Source of the DNA: Pristiophorus japonicus
Taxonomy: Eukaryota
Reading direction: 5' to 3'
Assembly (NCBI RefSeq): GCF_044704955.1
Contig: NC_091989.1
Coordinates: 21,824,001 to 21,888,000 of the forward strand
DNA: 64,000 nucleotides
Of this stretch, positions 1-11,100 are shown in pieces; positions within the stretch are counted from its first letter, which is position 1; the number at the start of each line of letters is the position of its first letter. Under the pieces are notes generated by a model. That model did not search any database. It saw only the letters and a list, made by a program, of their open reading frames with translations, and had not been told where the DNA came from. Made by a program: the position numbers and the translations under genes.

Positions 1-1080
1 AGGATTGGCTAACTAACAGAAAACAGGGAGTTGGGATAAATGGGTCATTTTCAGGTTGGCAAACTGTAACTAGCGGGGTGCCACAGGGATCAGTGCTGGG
101 GCCTCAACTATTTACAATCTATATTAATGATTTGTATGAAGGGACCGAGTATAATGTAGCCAAATTTGCTGATGGTACAAAGGTAGGCGGGAAAGCAAGT
201 TGTGAAGAGGACACAAAGAATCTGCAAGGTATATAGATAGGTTAAGTGAGTGGGCAAATATGTGGCAAATGGAGTATAATGTGGGAAAATGTGAGGTTAT
301 CCACTTTGATATGAAGAATAAAATAGCAAATTATTATTTAAATGGAGAGAGAGACTACAAAATGCTGCAGTACAGAGAGATCTGGGGGATCTTGTGCATG
401 AAACACAAAAAGTTAGTATGCAGGTACAGCAAGTAATTAGGAAGGCAAATGGAATGTTGGCCTTTATTGCAAGGGGGATAGAATATAAAAGCAGGGAAGT
501 CTTTGTACAACTGTACAGGGCATTGGTGAGACCACACCTGGAGTAGTGCGTAGAGTTTTGGTCTCTTTATTTAAGGAGGGATATATTTGTATTGGAGGCA
601 GTTCAGAGAAGGTTGACTAGGTTGATTCCTGAGATGAAGAGGTTGTCTTACGAACAAAGGTTGAGCAGGTTGGGCCTATACTCATTGGAGTTTAGTAGAA
701 TGAGAGGTGATCTTATTGAAAAATATCCGATTCTGAGAGGGTTTGACAGGGTAGATGCAGAGTGGATGTTTCCCCTCGTGGGGGAATCTAGAACTAGGGG
801 GCATAGTTTCAGAATATGTGGTCGCACATTTAAAACAGAGATTTCTTCTCTGAGGGTCATGAATATTTGGAATTCTCCACCTCAGTCAGCTGTGGAAGCT
901 GGGTCATTGAATATATTTAAGGTGGAGATAGACAGATTTTTGAACGATAAGGGAGTCAAGGGTTATGGGGTACGGGCAGGAAAGTGGAGTTAAGGCCAAG
1001 TTCAGATTAGCAATGATCTCATTGAATGGCAGAGCAGACCAAATGGCCTACTCCTGCTCCTATTTCTTATGTTCTTATGT
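1..1080 (+). mobile_element. CR1-clade LINE, 5'-truncated and degenerate ORF2 (RT C-terminal half) with 3' tail
   Basis: Disrupted [19 protein letters not shown] motifs; ORF 592..993 (EAVQRRLTRLIP...RTRGH...VKGYG) is typical CR1 ORF2 C-terminus; ends in (TTCTTATG)n-type tail. Confidence 0.9.
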
Positions 1081-1084
1081 CGGA

Positions 1085-2680
1085 ATAAAGAGGTAATTTT
1101 TGGGATGGCAGGGTGTAACTAGTGGAGTGTTGCAAAGATCAGTGCTTGGGCTTCAGCTATTTACAATCTATATCAATGACTTAAATGAGGGGACCGAATG
1201 TAATGTATCTAAATTTGCTGATGATACAAAGCTAGGTGGGAAGGTAAGCAGTGAGGAGGACATAAAGAGGCTGGGCAAGAAGGTGGCAAATGGAGTACAA
1301 TGTGGGGAAGTGAGAGATTATCCACTTTGATAGGAAGAATGGAAAAGCAGAATATTTTTTTTTTTAGAGACTAGTAAATGTTGGCATTCAGAGGGTGTCC
1401 TTGTACACAAATCACAGAAAGTTAACATGCAGGTACAGCAAACAATTAGGAAGGCAAATGGTATGTTAGCCTTTATTGCAAGGGGATTGGAGAATAAGTA
1501 TATAATGGGTGTAATTTTTGTGAAAGGGTGAAAACAGGCACTGAATGGGGGCTGTGCTAATAAGACTAGCCTGTGTGAAAGCCTAATTTTAGTAAAACTT
1601 TGGTCCTCATTGCTAATTACCATAATTTGAACTTGCCTGGAGGTACTAAAATAGATACCTGCAGGTTTAACAATCAAGCGCTGGTTAAATGTAATTTTTG
1701 TGGAGCAGTATATGTGGATACCATGTACCCACTTCCACTGATGGTGTTGAGTGGGTTGGCTGACAAATAGTGACAGGTTTCAGGATGGCTCAGGGACCGA
1801 GTGAGAGGGCGCACAGGTTCTCGGACGCGGCACTGGAGGTCCTGATGGAGGTTTAGAGGAGGAGGGATGTCCTGTATCTGCAGGGGGGAAGGGGTCCACC
1901 TCGCCCTCCTGTCCATCTCTCCTGCAGCAGCTGCTGCTGCTCTGCCTGGCCTCATTTCCTTCTCCCATTCCTCCTGTCGACCAAGGGGGACCCCTAGCAA
2001 GATGCCCATGACCAAGCGCTCCTTTTCTCCTGGTGACTCCTATAAGGTGTCCAATAAGATAGAATAGCACGGCACTCACTCTTTTAGGTGAAGTCCTCGG
2101 AGAATTTCCAGAATAAATGTTGCTAAAGTGTTGGTGAAGTCGTGACAAAGTTAACCAGAAAGTCTCCCAATGTGTTTCAAAAGTCCTTTTCAACCCTCCA
2201 GTGGCAAGTGAACAATAAATGGTGATGTACCTTTAAGTAGCGTTCAAAATCCTCAGCAACGACTAGTTTACTCCCAATCAGCTGGTCATTGTTAGGAGAG
2301 GACGTTGGATCAAGCGCCATCCACAAATATGCCGTGCAGCCTCATTAATGAGCGCTAGCAAGTAATTTAAGTGGCAATCAGCCCCATAACAATCCTCCGG
2401 GCGGCCATTCCGAGCGCAAGATTTAACTCTTTTACCAAGATGGATTCTCGTGCAAAAAGTGGCCTAAACCAGCGTTTCAGCTTGAGACCCAATCTTGGCC
2501 ACCCAGGAGGCTCTTTAGCACACGAAGGAGCTGGCAACAATTCCCACCAGGAAGTCTTGCTGCAGTTATGTAGGGTTTTGGTGAGACCACACCTGGAGCT
2601 CTGTACAGTTTTGGTCTCCTTACCTATGGAAGGATAAAGTTGCCTTAGAAGAGGTACATCGAATGTTCACTAGGTTTATA
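1085..2680 (+). mobile_element. CR1 fragment interrupted at about 1500-2548 by an unrelated ~1 kb insert (probably Harbinger-derived)
   Basis: ORF 1100..1330 carries SKFADDTKLGG; CR1 sequence stops at ...ggattggagaataag and resumes at aggaagtcttgctgcag (about 2549). Confidence 0.7.
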
Positions 2681-2899
2681 GAGCATCTTCTATAGAGAGA
2701 TAGAGAGACAGAGGTGTCTAGTGAGGAAATTCTAGAGCTTGGGCCCTAGGCAGCTGAAGACGCAGCCACCAATGCACAGGCAATGAGAATCAAGAATGCA
2801 CAAGTGGCCTTAATTGGAGTGAGAGAATGTATATACAATGGGGGTGCTGGGAGTGTGTATATAATGGGGCTGCTGGAAACTTGAAATGTTCTTTAATTA

Positions 2900-3089
2900 A
2901 AACAAAAAATACTGGAAATACTCAGCAGGTCAGGCAGCATCTATGGAAAGAAACACAGAGTTAATGTTTCATGTTAATGACCTTGCATCACAACTGATAA
3001 AAGGTCATCGACCTGAAACGTTAACTCTGTTTCTCTCCGCACAGATGCTGCTTGACCTGCTGAGTATTTCCAGTATTTTTTGTTTTTAT
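2900..3089. repeat. ~190-bp palindrome, Penelope-like terminal structure with a hammerhead-like core at 2994-3023
   Basis: aaaatactggaaatactcagcaggtcaggcagcatct pairs with agatgctgcttgacctgctgagtatttccagtatttt; centre reads CTGATAA-AGGTC-atc-GACCT-GAAACGTTA. Confidence 0.7.
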
Positions 3090-3560
3090 TTCAGATTTCC
3101 AGCATCCGCAGTATTTTGGCATTTTTCTTGAAAGGGTACTGCACTTCCTATTCTCGCCATTGGTGTGGGCTTATTCTGGTGGCTCTTGAACTGCAGACTG
3201 AACTGCAGATACCCATTAGACTGTACACGCTTTCTAAAAGGAGTAAACCTGATACGCTAAATGGCTTTTTAATATGTTACCAATATACACAGTTTAAACT
3301 TGACCGGCACATGTCTATATTTTATATCTCCTTTAGCTCATGGAGTCCATTTCCCAAATTTCTTAATAATTTGAATATTATTCTTTGCCTGGCTAAATTG
3401 CAAAAGCGAACAAGTCATCACAGTCCTCTGAAGAATAGATGGGGTTATTTGTACAGCTGGGTTCAAATAATTAACAAGGAAGCCATTTTTATTATTTAGG
3501 TGAAGATGGCTACATGGCCTGCAGTCCAATAAAAACACAAAACAGAGCTCAGTTCATTAC

Positions 3561-3590
3561 CTTCTACAGAGTTTCCCAGCAAAGGTGCCT
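3561..3590 (-). CDS. Gene B juxtamembrane mini-exon (30 nt, (K)APLLGNSVE, phase 1-1)
   Basis: tttgtttcag acceptor and GTAATGA donor; same position and similar sequence as the 33-nt exon of gene A (KTPFLAADAIQ, donor GTAATGA). Confidence 0.75.
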
Positions 3591-4539
3591 CTGAAACAAA
3601 CAGAATAAGCTTGAGTTAGTGTCTGCTTCTTAACAGGTCACTTGCCATAGGTGGAACCTGTAGGATTCACAAACATGCTAACTATCGAAAAATTAATCCC
3701 GCACAGAACACTTGTTGAGATTAAATTACAACAAATCTGTCCAGATTCTCCACAAGTCACATTCAGATTACAATGACAAGGAATGCATGGAACATTGTTA
3801 TGTGGACTTTATTGTGCAACAGTTTGCTGCTTGGTGAGTCTGACGCACAGGTTGAGGTTCCATTTACACTACACCCTTAGCACCGGTGTCAAATAGCTCC
3901 ACTTCTCACTGATACTAAGCTGTCGTGTAATTCTGGAGTCAGGAGCTGACCCGAGCCCACAGCAAAAATTCCCCCTGGAGAAGGGGCTCTCAATCCTCAG
4001 TCAAGTCAACTCCGGATCCTCAACTTACCCTATGGAGGTGACTTTAAAATTCTGCAGTCCCAGTGCAGAGCGTCACATGTAGGAGTGGGAATTTGGAAAA
4101 TCTAGCCTCACAACCTATTAATTTTGGCACGGAGTAAAACCACTTCACAATCAGGCTATGTTTGTAATGTAAATGCAGCCTATGTCGCTCAACACTAAAC
4201 ATGGTATCCTTAGTATAAGTTAACAATTATATCACACAGCTATATAACTCAATCATATCACACGTCATGCACCTATAACATTAACCATTTTATATCTATA
4301 AAGCTCAGTCTGTGTGGCAAACATTAACATTGTTTTTAAGACATAGCCAGCTCAGAAGTGGGATACAATGTGGTAAATTCACATCAAATGTAAAGAAATC
4401 ATAACCATAAATAATCAAGAAAATTTACACTGAATTTTAAGTCAATTGTTGTAGAAGATTATTTCAAAGTACTAAACTCATATTTATATTTATGCAGGTG
4501 GCTTGGTGAGTGCCCAGTTTTCCTAAACATTTTACTCAC

Positions 4540-4692
4540 TCTCATCAGAATCTTGTTGCTTCTTTTTCAGTTCCCAAATTCCAACTCTAACTCCAGTTCC
4601 AACTCCGATTAAAACCAGAATTACAGCTGTAATTCCCAGCCCTTTTTTCCAAACTGGATCTTTGGCATCAGTTCCAGTATCCTGTGGTGTAC
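4540..4692 (-). CDS. Gene B transmembrane exon (153 nt, phase 1-1)
   Basis: tatcctag acceptor and GTGAGT donor; encodes GTPQDTGTDAKDPVWKK-GLGITAVILVLIGVGTGVRVGIW-ELKKKQQDSDE, a hydrophobic helix followed by a basic stop-transfer. Confidence 0.85.
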
Positions 4693-4820
4693 CTAGGATA
4701 TTTAGCAGAAGTATGACCAAATGGTTAAAACTTTCTATTAGGAATTGAGATGAAACAAGATCACCAAATCTTCCTGTGAAATGGAGATATAGTTTTTTAA
4801 TAGTCTCGTAATAAATCTAA

Positions 4821-5027
4821 TGATATTAGTATAAGATCTGTATACTGGATCTAGTGATAATAGTGTAAAATCTGCAGACTAGATAGTGATATTAGTGTAA
4901 GATCTGTATACTAGATCTAGTGAGAGTGTACGATCTGTATACTGGATTTAGTGTAAGATCTATATATTAAATCTACTGAGATTGTAAGATACCCTAGTTG
5001 TGTGTTTTATATATATATATATATATA
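4821..5027. repeat. Degenerate ~33-bp minisatellite followed by (TA)n
   Basis: About 5-6 imperfect copies of agtgtaagatctgtatactggatctagtga(tatt); (ta)n at about 5008-5027. Confidence 0.75.
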
Positions 5028-5487
5028 TGTGTAGGTTTAGGATTTGGTTTAATCTCATTTGATTAAGGTTTCTTGCTTTCTTTTTACTTAACTGGCTTGT
5101 GAATTTGTACTGTGGCTAGAAATAATGAAATGGTTAAAGTTGTTTATTTCCAGAATGCTTCAGAGTTTGATGTGTCATGTTACAATTTAGCTGGCTTCTG
5201 TTGAAAGTGCAGGATGTGTGATTCGCGCCTGTTGACTCATTTTTATGGTCACATTGTGAAACGAGATGGCAGTCTTGAGATAGGAAGTGGGGCAATGGAG
5301 CTCAGGATGATTAGTTACATCCTAAATGGTAAATAACTTGGCATTTGATGATTTTGAAGGAAATACCTAATTTGCTTGGGGTTTTGTTCACAATAACACT
5401 TGTCATGCCATAATGAATCAGCAATGACAATGTTCATGAGAAGTGGCCTATAAAGATCGTGAGCTTTCCTTAACAATTTGTAGTGAG

Positions 5488-6012
5488 ACAACAACAACTT
5501 GTATTTATATAGCACCTTTAACATAGTAAAACATCCCAAGGCGCTTTACAGGAGTATTATGAGACAGAAACAATTTACACTGAGCCACATAAGGAGAAAT
5601 TAAGGTAGGTGACCAAAAGCTTGGTCAAAGAGGTTGGTTTTAAGGAGCGTCTTGAAGGAGGAAAGAGAGGTAGAGAGGCGGAGGGGTTTAGGCAGGGAAT
5701 TCAAGTGCTTAGGGCCTCGACAACAGAAGGCACGGCCACCAATGGTTAAGCGATTACAATCAGGGATGCTCAAGAAGCCAGAATTAGAGGAGCGAAGACA
5801 CCTCGGGGGAGCGGGGGGTTGTGGAGCTGGAGGAGATTACAGAGTTAGGGAGGGCCGAGGCCATGGAGGGATTTGAAATCAAGGATGAGAATTTTGAAAT
5901 CGAGGCGTTGCTTATCCGAGTGCCAATATAGTTCAGCGAGCTTAGGGGTGATGGGTGAGTGGGACTGGGTGCAAGTTAGGACACGGACAGCCGAGTTTTG
6001 GATCACCTCAAG
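5488..6012 (-). mobile_element. L2-clade LINE 3' fragment
   Basis: Same sequence recurs at 14.4, 26.4, 37.7 and 52.0 kb, where three of those copies run on into L2-type RT; (TTG)n tail. Confidence 0.8.
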
Positions 6013-7133
6013 TTGTACTGATTTGAATTAAGTGAATCTTATCATAACTGTTGATCTATGTTCACTTGCTTTGTGAAACAAAGCAGCTGAATGATATACA
6101 TCTGCCCTCATTTTACCAAGTGTTCTCTGTCAGTCAGTAGAAAATGTCAGGGAGTCGGGAAGGAAAGTATGAGGTTTGATTTTCCTCTCCCATGCAGTGT
6201 GGGGATGCTCAGTTCCCAGACACGAAGAAAAGAAAAAAAGGCCGAGGAGATTCCAATGCTGGGTCTCCATCCACTTTACACTGCTTGGGATTTGCAGGGT
6301 TTCCCCGGAGAGGGGCGGGGCTGTTACACCTGGAGACATGCTAACAAGGCGAGCGAACATGTAACCAACAATCCCATCCCATCCTCCTCCACCACCAACA
6401 CCAGGCGGGTGAGGGGGATGCCCAATTGAAGTAGGTCTCACGCCCTGCGCCCAGCCTCTGACTGGAGAGCAGCAGGCAGCAGTGCCCTGCAGACAGGAGC
6501 AACCTTTTCCTCGCCAGGGATGGCAGCAGAGGGATCAGAGGTGGAGTTCTTCCGAGCTGATTAGGACAGCAACCAGAAGACCTTGAATCCGACAGCCCTA
6601 CTATAGGCCTCTTAGGTCTGCAGCAGTGGCAGGTTTCTGTTTTCATTAGATACTCAGTGTCAGGCTTGTGCCTGGGGTGCATTGGAAGCTCGTTACTTAC
6701 ATGAATCTGCAAATACAGGCAGCTTCAGGTCAAAGTTAAGTGGAATGCAGTTAAAATCTAAATACCAGATTAAAGGGGTAAATGTTATTCTTCTCAGACT
6801 GAAGAAAGATGGTGGGCTGAGTCAAATGATTCAAATGGAGAAAGTAATTGACAAGTGGATATTTTTACTCAAACTGGAGTAATATTCATCCTCTGTGCGG
6901 CATACAAGTGGCCCAACATGTGAACGATCCCTACTACACTACGCAATCTAACAAGCTCCATTCTCATGAACCTCCTCCAAATATGATCGCTTTAAAATAC
7001 ATCAAAGCTTTGCAGCAGTTCTGAGATTATGGGGGGAAATGTCAGATTTATTTGACTCCCTACCCTAGCACGATTCACTCAACAAAACTTGAGCCTATTT
7101 TCTTTTACTGCTGGGAGATGTCCACGTGCTCAC

Positions 7134-7481
7134 CAAGCAATTCCAGCTCCACCGTGTTCTCAATGTACCCCTTCCCGTCCTCTTGAACCACATAGCAGGT
7201 GTAGTTCCCCCTGTCTGATGCAGTCGCTCCTTTCAGTTTAAGAGCCGCATTCCCTTTCGGGAATTCCGAGGAAAACAGCTCGGTCCGTCCCCTGAAGGCT
7301 AGGTCCTGATACTCTGGATGGTCCACCTCACTGTAGAAGCTGTGAACCACTTTGTGACTGTCCGTCCGTTGCCAATTAACGACAAGATCCTGCAGATTGA
7401 ACCTGGCTGCAGCAGGGAAGGTGCAGGGCAGCAACACGTCTTCACCCAGGACTCCGTAGGCCCAAGAGAAAAATCCTTCAC
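7134..7481 (-). CDS. Gene B Ig V-set domain exon, B7/CD276/butyrophilin-like (348 nt, phase 1-1)
   Basis: ctttattag acceptor and GTGAGC donor; VLLPC..NWQRTD..VVHSFY..YQDLAFRGRTELF..GNAALKL..SDRGNYTCYV has both Ig cysteines, the C-strand Trp and DxGxYxC. Confidence 0.93.
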
Positions 7482-7784
7482 CTAATAAAGATATAGGACA
7501 TACAATATATATAATTTTGCAGACAAACATGGAGTCATTGGAATCATATATAGAAGAAACAAGAACACAGGAAGCATGAAAGAAGAGCCATTTGGCCAAT
7601 TGAGTGTGTCCATTCCATATACAATCGGTTGTGGGGCTTTCCACCCAACCTACTCAATCTCCCTAAGGGTGGACAAACTGCAAGAGAAAGCTGTAAAAGC
7701 TCTCTCTCCACTACAGGAAACAAGACAGGCGTGAAAAACATTAATCCAATTTACCAACCTGCACTTACAACCCAGCCTAGCTGT

Positions 7785-8818
7785 AACATAAGAACATAAG
7801 AAATGAGAGCAGGAGTAGACCATAAGGCCCCTTAAACCTACTCCGCCATTTAATACGATCATGGCTGATCCAATCATGGACTCAGGTCCACTTCCCTGCC
7901 TGCTCCCCATAACCCCTTATCGGTTAAGAAACTGTCCATCTCGATCTTAAATTTATTCAATGCCCCAGCTTCCACAGCTCTCTGAGGCAGCGAATTCCAC
8001 AGATTTACAACCCTCAGAGAAGAAATTCCTCCTCATCTCAGTTTTAAATGGGCAGCCCCTTATTCTAAGATCATGCCCTCTAATTCTAGTCTTCCCTATC
8101 AGTGGAAACATCCTCTCTGCATCCATCTTGTCAAGCCCCCTCATAATCTTATACATTTCGATAAGATCACCTCTCATTCTTCTGCATTTCAATGAGTAGA
8201 GGCACAACCTACTTAACCTTTCCTCATAAGTCAACCTTCCCCATCTCCGGAATCAACCGAGTGAACCTTCTCTGAACTGCCTCCAAAAGCAAGGATATCC
8301 TTTCTTAAATATGATAACCAAAACTGTACGCAGTATTCCAGGTGTGGCCTCACCAATACCTTGTATAACTGTAGCAAGACTTCCCTGTTTTTATACTCCA
8401 TCCCCTTTACAATAAAGGCCAAGATACCCATTGGCCTTCCTGATCACTTGCTGTACCTGCTTACTAACCTTTTGTGTTTCATGCACCAGGGCCCACATGT
8501 CCCGCTGTACTTTGCAATTTTTCTCCATTTAAATAATAACTTGCTCTTTGAATTTTTTTCTGCCAAAGTGCATAACCTCACATATTCCAACATTATACTC
8601 CATCTGCCAAATTTTTGCCCGCTCACTTAGCCTGTCTATGTCCTTTTGCAAGTTTTTTGTGTCCTCACACATTGCTTTTCCTCCCATCTTTGTAGCATCA
8701 GCAAACGTGGCTACGTTACACTCGGTCTCTTCATCCAAGTCGTTAATATAGATTGTAAATAGTTGGGGTCCCAGCACTGATCCCTTTGGCACCCCACTAG
8801 TTACTGATTGCCAACAAC
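7785..8818 (-). mobile_element. CR1 LINE, 5'-truncated
   Basis: ORFs 8529..8888, 8231..8431 and 7953..8234 give consecutive CR1 RT segments; 8-bp repeat tail at 7785. Confidence 0.9.
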
Positions 8819-8919
8819 CATGATGACTCAACCATGATCCCACCAGTATGCGGATCATTGAGTATTTGATCATTATGGATAGGTACACTCGCTACTTCAG
8901 GATTTCAATGTATAATATC

Positions 8920-9270
8920 GACTGACACTCCAGTGAAGCTCTGAGGGAGATGCTATCCTTCAGATGTTAAAATGAGGCCCTATCTACTTAATCTGGCAGT
9001 TCAAGTGGATGTAAAAGATTCTGTGAATCTGAAGAAACACAGGAAGTTTGTCTGCTGTCTTGACCAATTTCCCTCCTTCAACCATCACCATGAAATAAAA
9101 ACATTAACTAGTCATTCATGTTATGTGCTGCTTGTGGGATTTTGCTATGCACAAATTGGCTGCCACATTTGTCCACATAAAAACAGTGATTGCACTTTAA
9201 AACTCTTCAGATATGAAACATTTGAGATGTCCAGAAAGATGTGATATGGTGCTTTTTAAGTGCAAGTTCT
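8920..9270 (+). mobile_element. Deu-domain SINE (SacSINE1/AmnSINE1-like), degenerate
   Basis: actgacactccagtg...ctgagggagatgc...cagatgttaaaatgaggccc resembles the Deu core; related copies near 12.2, 19.5 and 40.6 kb. Confidence 0.55.
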
Positions 9271-9486
9271 TTCCATAGTTGTGTTTAACCGTTTAACCTC
9301 CAGCCCCATTCTTCAACAGGTATTTATCCTGCGTTCTTTTAAAAGGAAGGAATCAAAAAAGCAGTAACTTTTTTGGGAGACTATGCCACAACTCCGTACT
9401 AAACAAGAATTTCTGCTGACCTCAATCTCCCTCCAGACTCACTGATTTTGTATCCATCTCCTCAAGCCACCATTCACAATCTATGT

Positions 9487-10608
9487 TAGAATCATAGAAT
9501 GTTTACAGCACAGAAGGAGGCCATTCGGCCCATCGAGGCCCATGCCAGATCTCCACAAGAGCACTTCAGCAAGTCCCACTTACCCACCTTTTTCTCGTAG
9601 CCCTGCAATTTTTTTTCCTTAAGGAACTTATCCAACTCCCTTGTGAAAGCCACGATTGAGTCTGCCTCCGCCACCCCTTCAGGCAGTGCATTCCAGATCC
9701 TAACCACTCGCCGCGTAAAAAAGTTTTTCCTCATATCGCCTTTGATTCTTTTGCCCATCACCTTAAATCTGTGCCCTCTGGTTCTCCACCCTTCTAATGA
9801 GAACAGTTTCTCTCTAACTACTCTGTCTAAACCCCTCATGATTTTGAATACCTTCTATCAAATCTCCTCTCAACCTTTTGTGCTCTCAGGAGAACAACCC
9901 CAGCTTCTCAAGTCTATCCACGTAACTGAAGACCCTCATCCTTGGAATCATTCTCAGAAACCTTTTCTGCACCCTAAGGCCTTTATATCCTTCCTAAAGT
10001 GCAGTGTCCAGAATTGGACACAATTCTCCAGTTGAGGCCAAACCAATGTTTTATAAAGGTTCATCATAACTTCATTGTTTTTGTACTCTATGCCTCTATT
10101 TATGAAGCCCAGTATCTCGTATGTTTTTTTAACCGCGCTCTCAACCTGCCCTGCCACTTTCAATGATTTGTGCACATATACCTCCAGGTCACTCTGTTCA
10201 TGCACCCCCTTTTACATTGTACCCTTTAGTTTATATTGCCACTCCTTGTCCTTCCTACCAAAATGTATCACTTTGCATTTTTCTGCATTAAATTTCATCT
10301 GCCACATGTCCGCCCATTTCACCTGCAAATTTTGATATTCAAGTTATTAATATAAATCAAGAAAAGCAGTGGTCCTTGTACTGACCCCTGGGAACACCAC
10401 TGTACACCTTCCTCCAGTCTGAAAAAGAACCATTCACCACTACTCTCTGTTTTTTGTCCCTTAGCCAATTTCGTATCCACGCTGCCACTGTCCCTTTTAT
10501 TCCATGGGCTTCAACTTTGCTGGCAAGCCTATTATGTAGCACGTTATCAAACGCCTTTTGGAAGTCCATATACACCACGTCAACCGCATTGCCCTCATCA
10601 ACCCTCTC
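9487..10608 (-). mobile_element. CR1 LINE fragment
   Basis: ORFs 10357..10578 (VYMDFQKAFD), 9954..10205 and 9492..9839. Confidence 0.9.
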
Positions 10609-10819
10609 AATGTATCTATTTTTAATGTTGATATAATAAAAAATAGAAAAAAGAAACAGAAGGAATGTTAGAATTGCTCTGATTAGTTAGAAATAAAGTA
10701 AAAGTAGCTAAAGTAATAAAACAGGAGAGAAGAATAAACAAGGACAGAATGGATAAGTAGAGAGGTCAGTATTCATCATTGTACTGTTGTACAGAGACTG
10801 TAATTCCCATATTGGCCTC

Positions 10820-10896
10820 TTCAGTCACCTGAGAACTCACTTTTAGAGTAGAAGCAAGTCTTCCTCGATTTCGAGGGACTGCCTATGATGATGATG
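10820..10896 (+). mobile_element. RTE LINE extreme 3' end with (ATG)n tail
   Basis: Matches the 3' end of the RTE copy at 15318-16176 (agcaagtcttcctcgatt..gagggactgcctatgatgatg). Confidence 0.75.
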
Positions 10897-11060
10897 TTGA
10901 GCAATGGGTTTACTGCTAAAGGAACACATGTGAAGTGATCAATGAATAACCAATGACGAAAGATGAACTGACTTAAGGGCAGCTTCATATCCTGTGACAA
11001 CCAACTAGAAAGCAGATTATGTACTGACACAAACCTCCTGTATAAAGAGAAAGCACATAC

Positions 11061-11100
11061 CTAACAGGGGCTTCTGGAGAAGCAAAAGTGACAACAGCAT
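11061..11100 (-). CDS. Gene B signal-peptide exon (MLLSLLLLQKPLL-G; exon acceptor at 11124)
   Basis: ttttcag acceptor, caccATG Kozak context, hydrophobic 13 aa, GTATGT donor in phase 1 matching the IgV exon; ending resembles gene A (IFQYPML). Confidence 0.75.

Noticed and set aside
3519-3560. GT-AG intron leading to a terminal exon GHVAIFT*
   Set aside because: 42 nt is too short for a typical vertebrate intron; kept only as a read-through possibility
4821-4990. CRISPR-like repeat array
   Set aside because: Degenerate head-to-tail minisatellite with no unique spacers, in eukaryotic DNA
7482-7644. Hydrophobic N-terminal extension of the 179-aa IgV ORF as a signal or TM segment
   Set aside because: It lies upstream of the acceptor at 7481, has no counterpart in gene A, and a proper signal exon exists at 11061-11100
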